Positions 58,702 through 64,000 of a DNA stretch of 64,000 bases are shown here, one piece after another (the first letter of the stretch is position 1; each line of letters opens with the position of its first letter). Where the stretch lies: contig CAXVYR010000004.1 in the NCBI GenBank assembly GCA_963666975.2, positions 2,240,001-2,304,000 on the forward strand, given 5' to 3'. The position numbers and the translations under genes were made by a program. The notes under the pieces are model-generated. The model did not search any database. It saw only the letters and a list, made by a program, of their open reading frames with translations, and was not told the DNA's origin. This DNA comes from Terriglobia bacterium. Lineage in GTDB: Bacteria; Acidobacteriota; Terriglobia; 2-12-FULL-54-10.

Positions 58702-59110
58702 TCACTTGCTCCCAGTAAATAGTTCCACTCGAATATTAATTTAGCCGCATCTCTGTTCCTGGGCCGAGAAGCAGATGCCACCCGAACCTAAGAGGCTGGA
58801 AATCCCGTGAGCGCCCATATGGGCATCAGGGGAAATAGCCACGTTATTGGCTATTGCCTGACTGGAAATGCTGGAGAGAGCTTACACGAGGAGAGAGAAG
58901 AATTCAATTGTGTGATGAAACTTCCGGCTGCTAGCCCTTTCATTGAACAAAGTCCATTTTCACAGCCCCAATCTGTGATGTAGACTCTCACCGGCAATGA
59001 CACAAAAAATGCCACAAAAAATCGGCCAGGTCACAGGCAAGCGAGAATTTGGCGTTGCTTCGGGGCCGGGTGGAGCGAACAGGAGTGAAAACAAGCGACA
59101 GGGGGTCAGC

Positions 59111-59424
59111 ATGAAGCGTATAGCGACAGGTTTAGCAATGCTGTTGGCGATGGTGGTCGCCGGTTGTCAGGGCGTGAACGACACGGGTTCCGGGGAAGGA
59201 GCGGCATCTTCATCCGTTGCTCGGACCCGAACGACGTGGGGGCGGCCAATGCTTACGAGGTGAACATCTACGATAAGCGTCCCGATCCGGTTTACCGCAC
59301 CGGCGGCATTGTCAATGTGGCTTCGCCGATGGCGCAGATCGATGCGGCCGGCCAGTGGAACACGTATGAGATCACGGCGGAAGGCTCGCGGCTGGTGGTG
59401 AAGTTGAACGGCACGCTGATTTGA
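59111..59424 (+). pseudogene. DUF1080-like lipoprotein pseudogene (internal deletion, 3' end cut by a MITE)
   Basis: Lipoprotein signal VVAGC, then in another frame SGIFIRC...YEVNI.D...TGGI...GQWNTYEITA.G...VKLNG. Confidence 0.7.
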
Positions 59425-59432
59425 CTGTGCTT

Positions 59433-59534
59433 ACCGAGCCGCGCGCGCCTGCCCCGAGCATTGTCCCGAGCGAAGTCGAGGGGAAAGCCGAGGGATTAGC
59501 AAGCGTACCCATACACAAGTATTTCAACAACCTC
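59433..59534 (-). mobile_element. Partial copy of the 3311-3564 MITE
   Basis: The reverse complement gaggttgttgaaatacttgtgtatgggtacgcttgctaatccctcggc... matches 3311-3425; the flank is TTAA. Confidence 0.75.
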
Positions 59535-59808
59535 TTAAAACTTTACAGAGGAAGATATTACAGCCGGTCTGTCGTCACCGATTCTGATTTGCGCCAAATC
59601 TGACATAAATGCCCTTTTTCGGAGGCAGATGGGGGCGAGTCAGCATCCAAAGGCACGGAGGAAGCATCCAATAGATGAAAAATTGGGTATGCCGTGATTC
59701 GAAATCATGCAGGGTTCCTTGCTCCCGTTCCGCTGTTCATTTGTTCATTCTGGTTACACGCGCTGAAATCTCACATGCGCAATATATAATTGAGGATGGA
59801 GGTAATTC

Positions 59809-60489
59809 ATGTCATCGAAGCTCTTTCTTGGCTTGGTCCTGGGTGTTCTGACTTTCCTTGTTGGCGGGTTTTTCCTGCGTTCGGGCTCGGCTTCTCCAGC
59901 GGTTGAGTCCTTTCCCGATCCGGTGGTCGATATGGATCGCTCCGTCGCGAAAGCGAAGCGAACCGCAGTACTCGCGGGCGGATGCTTTTGGTGCACCGAG
60001 GTGGTCTTCGAACAATTCACCGGTGTGAGCGGTGTCGTCTCCGGTTATGCCGGGGGCAAGCGGGAAACGGCCCGCTATGATGCGGTGAGCTCGGGAAAAT
60101 CGGACCATGCCGAATCCATCCAGATCACGTTCGACGCTTCCCATATCTCTTACGGACAGTTGCTGAAGATTTTCTTTAGCGTGGCGCACGATCCTACCCA
60201 GTTAAACCGGCAAGGCCCCGATTATGGGCGGCAGTACCGCTCAGCGATCTTCTTCGCCGACGCGGAGCAGAAACAGATCGCAGAGGCCTACATCAAGCAA
60301 CTACAGAAGGCCGAAGTTTTCAGCAAACCGATCGTCACCGAGCTGAGAGAACTCAAGGCTTTCTATCCGGCCGAGGAGTATCATCAGGACTTCGTCGAGC
60401 GAAACCCCGACCATCGCTATGTTGTCGTTAACGCGATCCCGAAGGTGAAGAAAACGAGGAAGGCATTCCCGTCGTTAGTGAAGAAGTAG
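59809..60489 (+). CDS. msrA: Peptide methionine sulfoxide reductase MsrA (with N-terminal signal/anchor)
   Basis: AGGCFWC, SGYAGG, HDPTQLNRQGPD.G.QYRSAIF and FYPAE.YHQD. Confidence 0.96.
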   Translation: MSSKLFLGLVLGVLTFLVGGFFLRSGSASPAVESFPDPVVDMDRSVAKAKRTAVLAGGCFWCTEVVFEQFTGVSGVVSGYAGGKRETARYDAVSSGKSDHAESIQITFDASHISYGQLLKIFFSVAHDPTQLNRQGPDYGRQYRSAIFFADAEQKQIAEAYIKQLQKAEVFSKPIVTELRELKAFYPAEEYHQDFVERNPDHRYVVVNAIPKVKKTRKAFPSLVKK

Positions 60490-60533
60490 CTGCACGAGGC
60501 TGAGGGGGGCCCTTGTGATCCGCAGCTCTCTAG

Positions 60534-60732
60534 CAGGTTGTTGAAAAACACCGTTTACCCGCTCCATTACTGTCGCGGCTCTGATGTCGGCACCTTGCGC
60601 TTTAGGTCTTTAATCCGAGCCGCGCGCGTAAGCAAGCGGACACCAAAGCTACCAGTCCCCCCTGTATCCCTTTTCATTGGACCAGTCTCATTTGCAGGCT
60701 GGGTGGCGCTCCCTAACGGTCGCGGATCGGAA
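60534..60732. mobile_element. MITE/REP composite of the same family
   Basis: CTAG followed by CAGGTTGTTGAAAAA; internal ccgagccgcgcgcgtaagcaagcgg and cgctccctaacggtcgcgg units. Confidence 0.6.
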
Positions 60733-60826
60733 CCGGTCGATCGCAAGTGGGACTCACGATAGCTGCTCGCGGAAGAATCACTCCCTTCCGGGAGCTGTTG
60801 CCCGCGTGGTCGTCAAGTTTGTGCCG

Positions 60827-61807
60827 TCACACAAGCACCAAGACGCAGGCAACACAAGCCACAAAGACAGCGGCGGTGGCTGCAATCAGTTTTCCGGCAC
60901 GGATGAAGTCCTGATGGCTGCCGCCCTCCGTGTCGGATTTCTCGCCCAGCCAGACCTCCGTAATCAACCGGCCGCGAAGCCATATGGGACCGGCAAGCCG
61001 GCGTTCGAGCGCTCCGGCGGCGGCGGCTTCGCTCCATCCGGAATTCGGACCCGGCACCACCGCGTGCTGTTGCCAGCCAATGCGCCAAGCCTTCCGGCTG
61101 GAGTAGCCTGGAATTACCGCAGCGGCAATTCCCATCAGCGCCCAGGCCGCACGCGCCGGGACGAAGTGAAGCAGATCGTCCGCGCGAGCGCCAAACCAGC
61201 CGAAGCGCAGGTAGCGAGGCGTCTTAAATCCCACCATCGAATCCATGGTGCTGACTAGCTTCAGAAGAACCACTCCCGGCAATCCGAGCAAGGCGTACCA
61301 GAAGATCGGGCTGATAAACCCATCGACGAGGCCTTCGCTCATGCTCTCGATGGCGGCTCGCCAGCAAGCTGCAGCGTCCATGGAGCCGGTGTCACGGGCG
61401 ACCAGACTGGCAGTGGCCTCGCGGGCCGCCGAGAGGTCGCCGGACTGCGCGGCGCGGTCAATGGCCATCCCGTGCCCCAGCAGGTCGCGGAGCGCAATCA
61501 TGTGGAACAGCACGAACAGATGAAATCCAAAAGCGGCTGCGCGGCTCACATTCGCCAGAACCAGCGCCAGCAGGCTCATGCCCCCCACCCAGATCAGCGA
61601 TAAAATCAAGAAAAGGAGAACCCCGCCAAACCGCCCGTCCAAACCGCCCGCGCGTAGGAGACGTTCCAGCCACCCGAGCGACGCTCCCAGGAGGCGGATG
61701 GGATGCCATCGGTAGACCGGATCTCCGAGAATCGCATCGGCGCCCACCGCCGCCAGCAACAGCAGCGCGCCGGGTTGGAGAACGCTCAGGTCCACTTGGT
61801 TTTCCAC
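60827..61807 (-). CDS. cbiB: Adenosylcobinamide-phosphate synthase CbiB/CobD
   Basis: D.ILGDP...HPIR..G, LVARDT, AAIESMSEG..DG..SP.F, TMDSMVG, AR.DD...F.PAR and PNSGW.EAA.AGAL. Confidence 0.93.
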   Translation of the reverse strand: MENQVDLSVLQPGALLLLAAVGADAILGDPVYRWHPIRLLGASLGWLERLLRAGGLDGRFGGVLLFLILSLIWVGGMSLLALVLANVSRAAAFGFHLFVLFHMIALRDLLGHGMAIDRAAQSGDLSAAREATASLVARDTGSMDAAACWRAAIESMSEGLVDGFISPIFWYALLGLPGVVLLKLVSTMDSMVGFKTPRYLRFGWFGARADDLLHFVPARAAWALMGIAAAVIPGYSSRKAWRIGWQQHAVVPGPNSGWSEAAAAGALERRLAGPIWLRGRLITEVWLGEKSDTEGGSHQDFIRAGKLIAATAAVFVACVACVLVLV

Positions 61808-62940
61808 CCCAGGGCAAGGGCTTCGACCACCGCCGCGGCCGGGTCTTGTTCATCGACGGAAAGCTGCCTCCAATAGTCCGCCCAACGATCGGGTTTGGCG
61901 GCCAGCGCACTGGCGATGTTCGCCGCCTGTTGCCGGAGAACCTCCCTGGCGAGCCCGGAAGGAATCGTTCCGTAGCTCACGCGGTCAAGCACGGCAGCGA
62001 AGGCGTAGGCGCAGGCAGCCACCTGCGGATCGTAAAAAACAGCTTTGTCATTTTGCTGCAACAAAGCCATCTCTTGGGATGACAACAACGGAGCGATTCG
62101 CGCCATCAGTTGGTCTCGCGTCAACCCGAAGCGTCTTAAGGCATGAAAGATGCTCCTGGTGTAGGACGCCTCAAGACCGTTCTGCCAGCGGAGAGCCTCT
62201 TTAGTGGCTTCGAGCACTGCACGGCCAATCATCTCGCCGAGCTTGCCGTGCTGGCTGGTCGATTCCTTCGGCGTTCTGTTCTTGTCCAGGGGCGCGGCAA
62301 TCGAGTATTGGTCCGTGCCCGTGCCGGTTGCCAGGTGTTGCGAGTAGCGGCTCGATACGGCCAGCTCTTGCAGCGCGGCGGACTTTGCCTCAGTCATCGT
62401 GACCACCGCGCGCGCCTGAGCCGCCGGAGTCAGCGGCCAGTTGAAAAACAGCATGGTGTTGATCGTGCCGGTGTGGGCGTGGAGCTTTTGCCATCCGCTG
62501 CCGGTCTCAACCCAATGGGCCGGGTCGCCGGCGCGAACGGCGTTTCCCTCCACTCCCGCTGTGACTACGGCGTCGACGGCGAGTTCCTCATAACTTTCAT
62601 TCCGGTGGACGGCGTAGCGCATGTTCGCCGCCGTTCCCATCAGCGCCACCTCATCGGGAGGGAGGCCCAGTTCCTCGCAGACTTGGTTGTGGTAACCGAG
62701 CTGGCCCAGCTCGCCGAGCAGGACATGACGCGCGGCATGGCCCGCGCCTTCGCAACTTTGATGATTGACTACATACCGGACGGACTCACTCTGCCCGCCG
62801 CCGTGGGCAGAGGTGCTGAGCACACGGTGAGCCTCCTGCAACTCGCCCAGCAGGAACCGCCCGCTACGGTGGACAGCGAAGCCGCTGCCTTGGCAGATCA
62901 TTTCATAACCAGCCTTGTCGATCATCATGGTGTCATCCAT
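61786..62940 (-). CDS. cbiZ: Adenosylcobinamide amidohydrolase CbiZ (long form)
   Basis: LSTS..GG, MGTAANM, VTAGV.GNA.RAGD, GTIN, TEAK.AAL and ATGTGTD. Confidence 0.88.
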   Translation of the reverse strand: MDDTMMIDKAGYEMICQGSGFAVHRSGRFLLGELQEAHRVLSTSAHGGGQSESVRYVVNHQSCEGAGHAARHVLLGELGQLGYHNQVCEELGLPPDEVALMGTAANMRYAVHRNESYEELAVDAVVTAGVEGNAVRAGDPAHWVETGSGWQKLHAHTGTINTMLFFNWPLTPAAQARAVVTMTEAKSAALQELAVSSRYSQHLATGTGTDQYSIAAPLDKNRTPKESTSQHGKLGEMIGRAVLEATKEALRWQNGLEASYTRSIFHALRRFGLTRDQLMARIAPLLSSQEMALLQQNDKAVFYDPQVAACAYAFAAVLDRVSYGTIPSGLAREVLRQQAANIASALAAKPDRWADYWRQLSVDEQDPAAAVVEALALGWKTKWT

Positions 62941-63096
62941 AGGGTGTCATCCATAGCGGTTGATTCACAGGTTGATTCGGACCGACTTGCCGGAGTCCAG
63001 TATGATGCACCACGTTCGAGTTCACGCTGGAAATTTTCAAATTCAGTTTGGGGCTTGACACCGGGATCGGTCTCACTGTAGCCTTGCGTCGATTGA

Positions 63097-63278
63097 CCTT
63101 GGGCGCCCGCTTTGGGCCCAAAAGGGAATTCCGGTGAGAAACCGGAGCGGTCCCGCCACTGTGAGTGTCGAGCTAGACCCAAGAAAGCCACTCGGATCAC
63201 GGATCCGGGGAAGGCTGGGTCAGCGTTGATGGGATTTATATCCCGTCTGAAGCCACGAGCCAGGACACCTGCCCAGGG
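63097..63278 (+). promoter_or_regulatory. Cobalamin (B12) riboswitch
   Basis: AAAAGGGAA.CCGGTG..AA.CCGG.GCGGTCCCGCCACTGT...AGCCAC...GGGAAGG...GAGCCAGGA.ACCTGCC; P1 CCTTGGGC/GCCCAGGG; TTGACA at 63055. Confidence 0.92.
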
Positions 63279-63653
63279 TGGAAGAGGCATGTTTTCCGCG
63301 AGGAGACGGACGAGTTGCCTGCAGCCAGCCCTTATCAGAATCACGACGCCGAGACACCTGCCCGACCGAAGGCAAGCTTTCTTGTCTCAGCGCACCGCTC
63401 TGTTCCTGGCTCTTGCATCCCTTTCCATCGGTTTATTCCCACGGCGATTTAGCCCCACGGTGAACCCCGCGCGGTAACGCGTGATCCTCGGTGACGTGCC
63501 TCCCCGGTCAAAACCCTGATGGGTTTGAGAGATGTGGTTATTGCGAGATGTGGCCATTGAGAGGTGTGACCACTGAAGATGGCAGCGAAGATGGCCACCA
63601 TACGCGGTAACACCCGTCCGGCACTCACACGAAGGGATTTGGTGGATAGAGGC

Positions 63654-64000
63654 ATGCAAATGAAGAAACGTATTGTTGGAACGATGGTTGGAGTGATCAG
63701 TTTTGTTTTCCTATATTCGGCGCTCCTAGGGGCGCAGTCTGCCACCGGTGTCCATGGCAGGGTAACTGATCCCGACGGGGGTGCCGTGCCCAGAGCGATG
63801 GTGCGCCTCTATTCGCGCAACAGCGGCGCAGCCATCACCACCCGGAGCGATGAAAGCGGAGCGTATCGCCTGGAAGCCATTGCTCCCGGCGAGTATTTGC
63901 TCGAAGCCGAAGATCAGAGTTCGATGCTGGCGGTTTCGGAAGGTATTTTGCTTTGGCCCGGTGATGATCTCAATCACAACATTGAGTTGAAAATTCGCAG
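63654..64000 (+). CDS. Probable TonB-dependent (BtuB-like) receptor, 3'-partial
   Basis: MQMKKRIV...LLGA|QS signal peptide and GRVTDPDGGAVP.A.V...T.SD.SG.Y.L..IAPGEY carboxypeptidase-regulatory-like domain. Lies downstream of the B12 riboswitch and is open to the window end. Confidence 0.75.
   Translation, partial: MQMKKRIVGTMVGVISFVFLYSALLGAQSATGVHGRVTDPDGGAVPRAMVRLYSRNSGAAITTRSDESGAYRLEAIAPGEYLLEAEDQSSMLAVSEGILLWPGDDLNHNIELKIR

Noticed and set aside
57553-58722. 389-aa plus-strand ORF
   Set aside because: Antisense shadow of the nucleotidyltransferase fusion gene.
62925-63659. Short ORFs overlapping the B12 riboswitch and its spacer
   Set aside because: They overlap a conserved RNA structure and have no convincing RBS or domain.

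Overview
Chromosomal window from a moderately GC-rich bacterium, very probably Acidobacteriota. The taxon is inferred from a TIGR03437-type C-terminal domain, an acidobacterial VWA protein and TonB receptors with an N-terminal carboxypeptidase-regulatory-like domain. A core-like middle segment (about 14-38 kb) holds a MidA methyltransferase, a macro-domain protein, crotonase and 3-hydroxyacyl-CoA dehydrogenase, the sufBCDSU-sufT-rrf2 operon, nuoI and tadA. It is bracketed by tRNA-Leu(TAA) and tRNA-Ser(CGA), whose 3' ends point outward. Each tRNA 3' end abuts a tyrosine-integrase C-terminal relic followed by cargo from one expanded family of secreted amidohydrolase-3 (YtcJ-like) paralogs: five in tandem plus a TonB-receptor relic on the left, and one plus an intact TonB receptor on the right. 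The strongest novelty candidates are (1) a Tat-exported xanthine-dehydrogenase-family trimer whose Mo subunit has AYRC-VSHP at the position of the CO-dehydrogenase Cu-ligating loop and whose Fe-S subunit carries an HMA-like domain; (2) the amidohydrolase/TonB system; (3) an IPCT/DIPPS-like enzyme fused to an HD domain; (4) an ABC-ATPase plus DUF4276/TOPRIM-like pair, a candidate defence system; and (5) a nested-stem 228-nt non-coding element. The window also contains IS3, IS630, IS5 and IS1 elements or relics, MITE and REP-like repeats, several pseudogenes, msrA, cbiB-cbiZ and a cobalamin riboswitch ahead of a TonB receptor. All calls come from reading motifs by eye; no database searches were run.
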